Source of the DNA: a virus
Lineage: Duplodnaviria > Heunggongvirae > Uroviricota > Caudoviricetes
Virus record (IMG/VR): IMGVR_UViG_2778261136_000001
Coordinates: 1 to 13,954 of that record
Direction: 5' to 3' (one strand)
Length of the DNA: 13,954 nt
The position numbers and the translations under genes were made by a program. This document shows, piece after piece, positions 1-6,293 of the stretch. Numbering within the stretch: the first letter of the stretch is position 1; each line of letters begins with the position of its first letter. The notes under the pieces were generated by a model that saw only the letters and a list, made by a program, of their open reading frames with translations, did no database searches and was not told the DNA's origin.

Positions 1-141
1 CAGTTGCTGGACAGGGTTTCCCCGTCTCAGTGGGCGGCAATAGGCGTGCTGGGGAGTCTGCTGTTTGGTCTGCTGACGTACCTGACGAACCTGTATTTCA
101 AAATCAGAGAGGACCGGCGTAAGGCGGCGCGGGGAGAGTAA
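1..141 (+). CDS. S: Holin, C-terminal fragment (phage 21 S21 pinholin-like); 5' end lies outside the window
   Basis: Frame 1 is open from base 1 to TAA at 139-141. It translates to ...[40 protein letters not shown]: a hydrophobic transmembrane stretch followed by a charged C-terminal tail. From memory this closely matches the C-terminus of the phage 21 pinholin. It sits 4 nt upstream of the endolysin start. Confidence 0.7.
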   Translation, partial: QLLDRVSPSQWAAIGVLGSLLFGLLTYLTNLYFKIREDRRKAARGE

Positions 142-145
142 GCTG

Positions 146-679
146 ATGAGCCGGAAATTCCGCTATGGTTTATCAGCTGTCGTTCTGGCGCTGATTGCCG
201 CAGGGGCTTCTGCGCCTGAAATCCTCGACCAGTTTCTTGACGAAAAAGAAGGTAACCACACTACGGCATACCGTGATGGTGCGGGTATCTGGACCATCTG
301 CCGTGGAGCCACCCGGGTGGATGGTAAGCCTGTTATTCCTAGCATGAAGCTGTCGAAGGGGAAATGCGACCAGGTTAACGCCATTGAGCGTGATAAGGCG
401 CTGGCATGGGTGGCGAAAAACATCAAAGTGCCACTGACTGAACCCCAGAAAGCGGGTATTGCGTCATTCTGTCCTTACAACATTGGCCCGGGTAAGTGTT
501 TCAGCTCAACGTTTTACCGGAAACTGAACGCCGGAGACCGTAAAGGCGCATGTGCTGAAATTCGTCGCTGGATATATGACGGTGGTCAGGACTGCCGTAT
601 TCGTTCAAACAACTGTTACGGTCAGGTATCCCGTCGTGACCAGGAGAGCGCGCTGGCGTGCTGGGGTATCGACAGGTAG
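146..679 (+). CDS. R: SAR endolysin (T4-type lysozyme / muramidase, phage 21 R-like)
   Basis: 177-aa ORF with SD GGGGAGAG at 131-138. N-terminus MSRKFRYGLSAVVLALIAAGASAPE is a weakly hydrophobic Gly/Ala-rich signal-anchor-release segment. It is followed by the lysozyme catalytic arrangement E...(8)...D...(5)...T in ...KEGNHTTAYRDGAGIWTICRG. Position immediately after a holin gene. Confidence 0.9.
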   Translation: MSRKFRYGLSAVVLALIAAGASAPEILDQFLDEKEGNHTTAYRDGAGIWTICRGATRVDGKPVIPSMKLSKGKCDQVNAIERDKALAWVAKNIKVPLTEPQKAGIASFCPYNIGPGKCFSSTFYRKLNAGDRKGACAEIRRWIYDGGQDCRIRSNNCYGQVSRRDQESALACWGIDR

Positions 680-814
680 CAGAATATTTTGCTGAAAAAT
701 GACGCTTGCTCACGCGGGCTGATAACACGAAATCCTGCGAACTGGCAAAATGCAAGTGAATAAAGTCAGGAAGATTGTTTCACGCAGAGGCACCGTAATG
801 GTGTCTTTGTCATT

Positions 815-952
815 TCTGCGCTTCGCACAAGCGTAAATAAACCAAAGAACCTTTCAGGATGAGCCCTGGTGGATAACCGGCAGTGGTCTGGTTAACCCTC
901 TTTGGGCTGGTTATTCCTGTGCGCAGGGTTCATCACTAAAAGGAAATAACCG
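815..952 (+). promoter_or_regulatory. Conserved 5' leader element, copy 1 (paralog of 2185..2318), upstream of the antirepressor-like gene
   Basis: Shares with copy 2 a GC hairpin (819-833, CGCTT-CGCAC-AAGCG), a 5' box AGAACCTTTCAGGATGA (846-862), a 3' box GGTTCATCACTAAAAGG (927-943) containing the SD, and the same 9-nt SD-to-ATG spacing with ATGAAT start context. The ~65-nt core between the boxes diverges. Confidence 0.6.
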
Positions 953-1522
953 ATGAATATGATGACCGTGCCGTTTCACGGCGATTCTCTTTATGTGGTT
1001 AACCATAACGGTGAGCCATACGTTCCCATGAAACCTGTCGTTGCGGGGATGGGGCTGGCCTGGCAATCACAGTTGGCTAAGTTAAGACAGCGTTTTGTGT
1101 CAACTATAACGGAAATCGTTATGGTTGCTGAGGATGGGAAACGACGCAATATGGTGTCCCTGCCACTTCGAAAACTTGCAGGCTGGTTACAAACCATCAA
1201 TCCCAACAAAGTAAAACCCGAAATCCGCGACAAGGTAATCCAGTATCAGGAAGAGTGCGACGATGTTCTCTATGAATACTGGACGAAGGGTTTTGTCGTT
1301 AATCCTCGTCAAATGAGCGTGATGGAAGAACTCAATCAGGCCTGCGCTGACATGAAACGGGATAAAAACATTGCCAGTGTGTTTTCTACCGGGCTGAATG
1401 AGTGGAAACAGGTTAAAGCCGCGCATGTATCAAAAATCCGCACATTGATAAACGAAGCGAATCTGCTGATTGATTTTGTCCTGGCTGATACAGGCAAAGG
1501 GAAAATAACAAAGGCGGATTGA
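953..1522 (+). CDS. Antirepressor-like phage regulatory protein (moron inserted between R and Rz)
   Basis: 189-aa ORF with SD AAAAGG 9 nt upstream. N-terminal region MNMMTVPFHGDSLYVVNHNGEPYVPMKPVVAGMGLAWQSQLAKL... resembles, from memory, the N-terminal domain family of P22-type antirepressors found in enterobacterial prophages. The function is not established from sequence alone. Confidence 0.55.
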   Translation: MNMMTVPFHGDSLYVVNHNGEPYVPMKPVVAGMGLAWQSQLAKLRQRFVSTITEIVMVAEDGKRRNMVSLPLRKLAGWLQTINPNKVKPEIRDKVIQYQEECDDVLYEYWTKGFVVNPRQMSVMEELNQACADMKRDKNIASVFSTGLNEWKQVKAAHVSKIRTLINEANLLIDFVLADTGKGKITKAD

Positions 1523-1536
1523 TGGAGTGGTGGCTA

Positions 1537-1671
1537 ATGATATCGGATAAACTCATAACGCTGGCGAAGATTCTCTGTGTAATCGTCGGCATTTCATTTT
1601 TAGTCATGCTGGTTGCCATTTTCTTTTCCACCGCCTGGAGAGTCCTGACGTTATCGGGACTGGTGGGGTGA
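1537..1671 (+). CDS. Small hydrophobic protein (44 aa, predicted single transmembrane helix); not in the supplied ORF track
   Basis: ATG at 1537 with GGAG at 1524-1527, TGA at 1669-1671. Translation MISDKLITLAKILCVIVGISFLVMLVAIFFSTAWRVLTLSGLVG is almost entirely one hydrophobic helix. It fills the gap between the ant-like gene and Rz with no wasted sequence. Coding status is unproven. Confidence 0.35.
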   Translation: MISDKLITLAKILCVIVGISFLVMLVAIFFSTAWRVLTLSGLVG

Positions 1672-1678
1672 AAGAGAG

Positions 1679-2116
1679 ATGAACCGTGTTCTGTGTGTGG
1701 TGATTATTGTCCTGGCGGTTGGCTGTGGTGCGCTGTGGCTGGCAACAAACCATTACCGTGACAACGCGCTCACCTACAAAGCGCAGCGCGATAAAGCCAC
1801 ATCCATCATCGCAGATATGCAGAAGCGGCAACGTGATGTAGCAGAACTTGACGCCAGATACACAAAGGAGCTTGCTGATGCTAATGCGACTATCGAAAGT
1901 CTCCGTGCTGATGTTTCTGCTGGGCGTAAGCGCCTGCAAGTCGCCGCCACCTGTGCAAAGTCAACGACCGGAGCCAGCAGCATGGGCGATGGAGAAAGCC
2001 CAGGACTTACAGCAGATGCTGAACTCAATTATTACCGTCTCAGAAGTGGAATCGACAAGATAACCGCGCAGGTTAACTACCTGCAGGAATACATCAGGAC
2101 GCAATGCCTGAAATAA
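1679..2116 (+). CDS. Rz: Rz inner-membrane spanin (i-spanin)
   Basis: 145-aa ORF with N-terminal TM segment and the motif ATNHYRDNALTYKAQRDK...DARYTKELADA...DVSAGRKRL, which closely parallels lambda Rz (VNHYRDNAITYKAQRDK...AKYTKELADA...DVAAGRRRL) as I recall it. Coiled-coil periplasmic domain. It contains the embedded Rz1 frame. Confidence 0.9.
   Translation: MNRVLCVVIIVLAVGCGALWLATNHYRDNALTYKAQRDKATSIIADMQKRQRDVAELDARYTKELADANATIESLRADVSAGRKRLQVAATCAKSTTGASSMGDGESPGLTADAELNYYRLRSGIDKITAQVNYLQEYIRTQCLK
1878..2063 (+). CDS. Rz1: Rz1 outer-membrane lipoprotein spanin (o-spanin), embedded in the +1 frame of Rz
   Basis: Perfect SD AAGGAG at 1865-1870, 7 nt before ATG 1878. N-terminus MLMRLSKVSVLMFLLGVSAC is a signal peptide ending in a lipobox (VSAC), followed by the Pro-rich mature region KSPPPVQSQRPEP. 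It lies entirely inside Rz in a different frame. The track ORF 1848..2063 is the same frame with an upstream start. Confidence 0.8.
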   Translation: MLMRLSKVSVLMFLLGVSACKSPPPVQSQRPEPAAWAMEKAQDLQQMLNSIITVSEVESTR

Positions 2117-2148
2117 TTTTTTTGCAAATCACAAAGTCCATTTAATGA

Positions 2149-2172
2149 GCCCCGCGATGCGGGGCTTTTTTA
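2149..2172 (+). terminator. Rho-independent terminator after Rz/Rz1
   Basis: Perfect 7-bp GC stem GCCCCGC (2149-2155) / GCGGGGC (2159-2165) with a short loop, followed by TTTTTTAT. Confidence 0.7.
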
Positions 2173-2184
2173 TGTACGCAGTAA

Positions 2185-2318
2185 ACGCGCTTCACACGCG
2201 CGACTTATGAACACAGAACCTTTCAGGATGACCCTTGAGGATGCCGGTTTGGTGATCGGTGCCTTTCTGTGGGCCGGAATCCTGTGTGACAAGGTTCATC
2301 ACTAAAAGGTGTGCACTG
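2185..2318 (+). promoter_or_regulatory. Conserved 5' leader element, copy 2 (paralog of 815..952), upstream of the Rha-family gene
   Basis: Hairpin CGCGC-TTCACAC-GCGCG at 2186-2202, 5' box AGAACCTTTCAGGATGA at 2215-2231, 3' box GGTTCATCACTAAAAGG at 2293-2309, then 9 nt to ATGAAT at 2319. It begins about 13 nt after the Rz terminator. Confidence 0.6.
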
Positions 2319-2861
2319 ATGAATTATCCAACTATCGTTAACGGCATCGATTTTCGAGATCTGATTTTTGTGGCAAACAACGATCCGGTTACAGATTCTT
2401 TTATGGTGGCAAAAGCATTTGGAAAGCTGCCGAAGAACGTAGTTCGTGACATTGAACGAACCATAGAAGCTTGCCCTCCTGAGTTTGATACAAAGCTCAA
2501 CTTTGAGCTTTGCTATAAAAACAATGAGTTACAGAATGGTAAGCCGCAAAAATTCTACCGTCTCCGCAAGGATGGGTTGATGCTTTTGGTTATGTCCTAC
2601 ACCAAAAAAGAAGCAATGCGTATCAAAATTGCTTACATCAACGCATTTAACTGGATGTACGCCATGCTTCAGGTTGGTCATCGTCAATTTGAAGAAGAGA
2701 GAAATGCCGTAATGCTGGAGTACATGAAAGAGAAGGATGTTGCCAGCATGTCAGGTCGCCTGCTAAATCGCTGGGGCAAAATTAAGAAGCCACAGCTGCT
2801 GGCTAGAATTGAACGCCTTGAACAGCACGGGCAAACCGTAATCCCCGGACTCATCAATTAA
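2319..2861 (+). CDS. Rha-family phage regulatory protein
   Basis: The track ORF 2259..2861 starts at GTG and reads through the leader. The likely true start is ATG 2319 (MNYPTIVNG...) with SD AAAAGG at 2304-2309. The region ...NDPVTDSFMVAKAFGKLPKNVVRDIERTIE...KFYRLRKDGLMLLVMSYTKKEAMRIKIAYINAFNWM matches my memory of the Rha regulatory protein family (HTH-like N-terminal domain). Confidence 0.7.
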   Translation: MNYPTIVNGIDFRDLIFVANNDPVTDSFMVAKAFGKLPKNVVRDIERTIEACPPEFDTKLNFELCYKNNELQNGKPQKFYRLRKDGLMLLVMSYTKKEAMRIKIAYINAFNWMYAMLQVGHRQFEEERNAVMLEYMKEKDVASMSGRLLNRWGKIKKPQLLARIERLEQHGQTVIPGLIN

Positions 2862-3019
2862 CGGCAGTACCGCGAAACAACCCAAGCCAGAAAGTGGGGA
2901 AATAACACTGGCAGCCACTGAAAGATGAACCTCCTGCCTTATGGCAAAAAAGATTCTTTGTGGTGGCGGACTGATGGAAAGACATCCTAATCAAGCAACC
3001 ACTCCACAGGGTCATAATT

Positions 3020-3400
3020 ATGAACGACCAGCAAATCGAAAAAGAAATCGTTGAGAAAGGCAAAACGGCACCGCGAATCACCCAGCAGCACATCGAAGAC
3101 GTGATTAAAAGCGAGCATTACTTTACTGCTTATGATGGACGAAATGGTGCCATTTCCAGCAACGAATATTGTGGCAGGGAAAAACCAGAAGAAGGAGATC
3201 GTGATTTATCACCATTGAAGTTGCTCACTTTCTGCGTACTGGTGCTGAAGAATGGCTTCACTGTCACCGGAGAGAGTGCCTGTGCAAGCCCGGAAAACTT
3301 TGATGCAGAAATTGGTCGGAAGATTGCCCGGCAGAATGCTGTAAACAAAATCTGGATGCTCGAAGGTTACTTGCTGAAGCAGAAGCTAAGCGAACAGTAG
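3020..3400 (+). CDS. Small conserved phage protein of unknown function (resembles the family I recall as N4 gp49 / Sf6 gp66-like)
   Basis: 126-aa ORF. The C-terminal part LTFCVLVLKNGFTVTGESACASPENFDAEIGRKIARQNAVNKIWMLEGYLLKQ matches my recollection of a widespread small phage protein family often found near terminase genes. The start codon has a weak SD, so the exact start is uncertain. Confidence 0.5.
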   Translation: MNDQQIEKEIVEKGKTAPRITQQHIEDVIKSEHYFTAYDGRNGAISSNEYCGREKPEEGDRDLSPLKLLTFCVLVLKNGFTVTGESACASPENFDAEIGRKIARQNAVNKIWMLEGYLLKQKLSEQ

Positions 3401-3799
3401 TTATTACAAAAGCCATTCCCTACAGAGTGGCTTTGATAATGGCTTATACCCTACACGGGATAACTTAATTGATATCCTTTTTAACGGATAAAGGCATTTC
3501 AGCCTGACATAGCCATGCGCCGCATCGTCGCCGTATTCCCGCATTAACAGAGACCGCAGCCACCTTATCTGCGTGAGTGTGCGGGGATAATCAAAAACGA
3601 TGCACACCGGGTTTTCTCATTTTTCACGAGATGGGAGCGATTTCCCGCGAAGCCGCCTGTCCGGTGCGGTGGTGGAAGAAACCGGATAAAACAACCGCAT
3701 TGTGCAAATATCGATCAAATATGGTGCTGCTGTGTGAAATCTGAAAAATCACAGCGGTCATTATGCATCAGTTTTTAACACAGGACGTCAGAACGTGAC

Positions 3800-4606
3800 A
3801 TGGCAAAGCTGGACTGGAAAAAGCTGGAGCAGGCATTCCGACGCGAACATGCCGAAACGGGAATAACATTACTGGACTGGTGCCGGAAGAAAAAGATTAA
3901 TTACAACACCGCCAGAACCCGTATAAAAATGGGCAAAATCGATCATGAAATTGATCATAAAACCGATCATGAAATCGATCATGACATCTTAGATGAAGAA
4001 CCCTGCAATGACGCGGGTTCCGGCGATGAAAAATGCGCAAAAAACTCTGAAAAAAACTGCGCAAATTCGGCAGAAACGAAACGGATTCGTGGTTCCCGAC
4101 TTTTACCTCCTTCAAACGCTTTTTCTCAGCGCAACACCCACGCCGTAAGACACCGTGGATATGCGAAGTATCTTGAGGCAGATAACCTCATGGATGATGC
4201 TTCCGACATGGTGCTGTTCGATGAACTGGTGTTCACCCGGGCCCGCGCACTTTCAGTAACTAAGGCACTTAAAGGGATGTTCGCCGACCTGGAAGAGGCA
4301 ACTGACGTGGAAACCCGTGTTGCTCTTTACGACAAAATACTCAAAGCTGAACAGGCCCTTGACCGGAATATTGCCCGTATCGAGTCAATTGAACGCTCAT
4401 TGCTGACGCTGGACGTCCTGGCTGAGACAGCACCAAAACTTCGTGCTGACCGGGAAAGAATCAACGCCGCCAGAGATAAACTCAGAGCTGAAACCGATAT
4501 TCTGACCAGCCAGCGTCGGGGCGTTGTTACGCCTGTCAGTGACATCGTGTCATCGCTGCATGAAATGAGTAATTCGGGGAGACTGGATGACATTCCGGAA
4601 GAATGA
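3800..4606 (+). CDS. terS: Terminase small subunit (putative)
   Basis: 268-aa ORF immediately upstream of, and overlapping by 20 nt, the large terminase gene. The N-terminus (KLEQAFRREHAETGITLLDWCRKKKINYNTARTRIKMGK) looks like a helix-turn-helix DNA-binding region, and the C-terminal half is predicted coiled-coil/oligomerisation. It contains an internal GATC-bearing tandem repeat. Assignment is by position and architecture. Confidence 0.65.
   Translation: MAKLDWKKLEQAFRREHAETGITLLDWCRKKKINYNTARTRIKMGKIDHEIDHKTDHEIDHDILDEEPCNDAGSGDEKCAKNSEKNCANSAETKRIRGSRLLPPSNAFSQRNTHAVRHRGYAKYLEADNLMDDASDMVLFDELVFTRARALSVTKALKGMFADLEEATDVETRVALYDKILKAEQALDRNIARIESIERSLLTLDVLAETAPKLRADRERINAARDKLRAETDILTSQRRGVVTPVSDIVSSLHEMSNSGRLDDIPEE
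3938..3985 (+). repeat. Four tandem 12-bp repeats (ATCGATCATGAA-like), each carrying a GATC, inside terS
   Basis: Units ATCGATCATGAA / ATTGATCATAAA / ACCGATCATGAA / ATCGATCATGAC encode IDHE-IDHK-TDHE-IDHD. GATC occurs at 3941, 3953, 3965 and 3977, exactly 12 bp apart. Confidence 0.9.
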
Positions 4607-6293
4607 ACCGCGATGTGATGAGCCGTCAGAAATGACCGAGGCTGAACAACGTCTGTTCATCATGACTAAACTGAGCAATCCCTGGTGGCGGCTCAATCAT
4701 CTCTACAAAATACAGAACGAAAAAGGTGAACTGGTCACCTTCAGAATGCGACCGGCGCAGCGCCAGTTATTCCGGAGCATGCACAATAAAAATATTATCC
4801 TGAAAGCGCGCCAGCTGGGATTTTCCACAGCCATTGATATTTATCTTCTCGACCAGGCATTATTCATTCCGCATCTCAAATGCGGGATCGTCGCTCAGGA
4901 TAAACAGGCTGCCAGTGAAATTTTCCGCACAAAAATTGCTGTACCGTTTGATCATCTCCCTGACTGGCTGAGAGCCTCATTCACCATCGTTGAACGTCGT
5001 AGCGGTGCCAGCGGTGGCTATATCCTGTTTGGTCACGGCTCGAGTATCCAGGTGGCAACCTCATTCCGTTCAGGTACGGTGCAGCGCCTGCATATCTCAG
5101 AGCACGGCAAAATTTGCGCGAAATATCCGGCTAAGGCGAAAGAACTGCGAACCGGTACGCTTAATGCCGTCTCTGATGAATGCATTATTTTTGATGAGTC
5201 CACAGCTGAAGGCGTGGGTGGTGATTTTTACGAGATGAGTAACCGAGCACAGGAGATCACTGCATCAGGCTTATCGTTGACGGCACAGGATTATAAATTC
5301 CATTTTTACGCCTGGTGGCAGGATCCTAAATACAGCGCCCGAGTGCCGGAAAGCGGGCTGAAGCTGTCACGGGAAAAAATGACGTATTTTTCTGCGGTTG
5401 AGAAGGCAATGAACATCACGCTTACTGATGAACAGAAGCAGTGGTACATCAATAAGGAAACTGAACAGCGTGAGGAAATGAAGCAGGAGTTTCCCTCAAC
5501 GCCACAGGAGGCGTTTCTGACGTCCGGACGACGTGTGTTCAGTGCCGAAAGTACGTTGCAGGCAGAATCATTCTGTTCGCCACCGCTGATTGTTTATGAC
5601 ATTGAACCTGTTACAGGAAGGAAGACTAAAGCGCAGTCTCTGCGTGACGGGAATAAAGCCGAACAGCTCCGGACGCTGATGAATTATCTGCTGGTCTGGG
5701 AGCTACCGGATCCAGATGAAGAGTATGTCTGCGGAGCGGATATTGCTGAGGGGCTTGAGCACGGGGACCGCTCATCGCTGGATATCATCAGATGCAGTAA
5801 TGGTGAGCAGGTGGCCCACTGGTTTGGTCATCTTGATGCGGAGCTTTTTGCTCATCTCATTGCGCAGGTCTGTCGTATGTACAACAACGCGTTTGTGGGG
5901 CCGGAGCGTAACAATCACGGACATGCCGTTATTCTGAAACTCAGGGAGCTCTATCCGACGCGTTATATCTACAACGAACAGCACCTTGATCAGGCATATG
6001 ATGACGATACGCCCCGCCTTGGCTGGCTGACAACCCGTCAGAGCAAACCTGTTCTGACCGAAGGAATGAAAACGCTCCTGAATAATGGAATATCAGGGAT
6101 CCGCTGGTCAGGCACATTATCGGAAATGAACACCTACGTTTATGACGCGAAAGGCTCCATGAATGCACAGGAAGGCTGTTTTGATGATCAACTCATGAGC
6201 TACATGATTGCCCAGGAGATGCGCGCCAGAATGCCTGTGAGGGTAAAACAGAAAACGGATAAACGCAGAACTACACACTGGATGGCTCACTGA
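4587..6293 (+). CDS. terL: Terminase large subunit
   Basis: 568-aa ORF with SD GGGAGA at 4574-4579. The N-terminal ATPase region carries a deviant Walker A-like KARQLGFST, and the acidic C-terminal half fits a nuclease domain. It is followed by the portal gene with an ATGA stop/start overlap. An alternative start at ATG 4632 is possible. Confidence 0.85.
   Translation: MTFRKNEPRCDEPSEMTEAEQRLFIMTKLSNPWWRLNHLYKIQNEKGELVTFRMRPAQRQLFRSMHNKNIILKARQLGFSTAIDIYLLDQALFIPHLKCGIVAQDKQAASEIFRTKIAVPFDHLPDWLRASFTIVERRSGASGGYILFGHGSSIQVATSFRSGTVQRLHISEHGKICAKYPAKAKELRTGTLNAVSDECIIFDESTAEGVGGDFYEMSNRAQEITASGLSLTAQDYKFHFYAWWQDPKYSARVPESGLKLSREKMTYFSAVEKAMNITLTDEQKQWYINKETEQREEMKQEFPSTPQEAFLTSGRRVFSAESTLQAESFCSPPLIVYDIEPVTGRKTKAQSLRDGNKAEQLRTLMNYLLVWELPDPDEEYVCGADIAEGLEHGDRSSLDIIRCSNGEQVAHWFGHLDAELFAHLIAQVCRMYNNAFVGPERNNHGHAVILKLRELYPTRYIYNEQHLDQAYDDDTPRLGWLTTRQSKPVLTEGMKTLLNNGISGIRWSGTLSEMNTYVYDAKGSMNAQEGCFDDQLMSYMIAQEMRARMPVRVKQKTDKRRTTHWMAH

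Noticed and set aside
163-755. Minus-strand ORFs 163..426 and 501..755 overlapping the endolysin gene
   Set aside because: They lie antisense within a well-supported lysozyme CDS, have no SD, and show biased composition typical of antisense frames.
991-2028. Minus-strand ORFs 991..1233, 1187..1426, 1413..1631, 1604..1939 and 1774..2028
   Set aside because: All overlap + strand genes (ant-like, small TM ORF, Rz/Rz1) that have better start signals and recognisable products; these are antisense frame artifacts.
2259-2318. GTG-initiated N-terminal extension of the Rha ORF through the conserved leader
   Set aside because: The extension (MPFCGPESCVTRFITKRCAL) covers the conserved leader and the SD. 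ATG 2319 has a properly spaced AAAAGG SD and the same start context as the paralogous leader, so the extension is very unlikely to be translated.
2854-3093. Minus-strand ORF 2854..3093 and a 37-aa + ORF from 2941 overlapping the start of the 3020 gene
   Set aside because: Cys/Trp-rich or Arg-rich composition, no SD (the sequence upstream of the 2941 ATG is CCTCC, anti-SD-like), and overlap with better-supported genes.
3404-3607. Minus-strand 67-aa ORF (GTG start) inside the terS-upstream gap
   Set aside because: Non-ATG start with no recognisable SD and an Arg/Leu-rich low-complexity translation. The region is better explained as non-coding regulatory or packaging DNA.
3456-3690. Possibility that the GGATAA repeats are DnaA boxes
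   Set aside because: The DnaA box (TTATCCACA, reverse complement TGTGGATAA) requires the CACA/TGTG half. These sites have CGG or GGG instead, so they match only the GGATAA half.
3897-4593. Minus-strand ORFs 3897..4115 and 4327..4593 within terS
   Set aside because: Antisense to a gene with clear coding features; His/Arg/Ser-rich translations caused by the GATC and A-rich repeats on the other strand.
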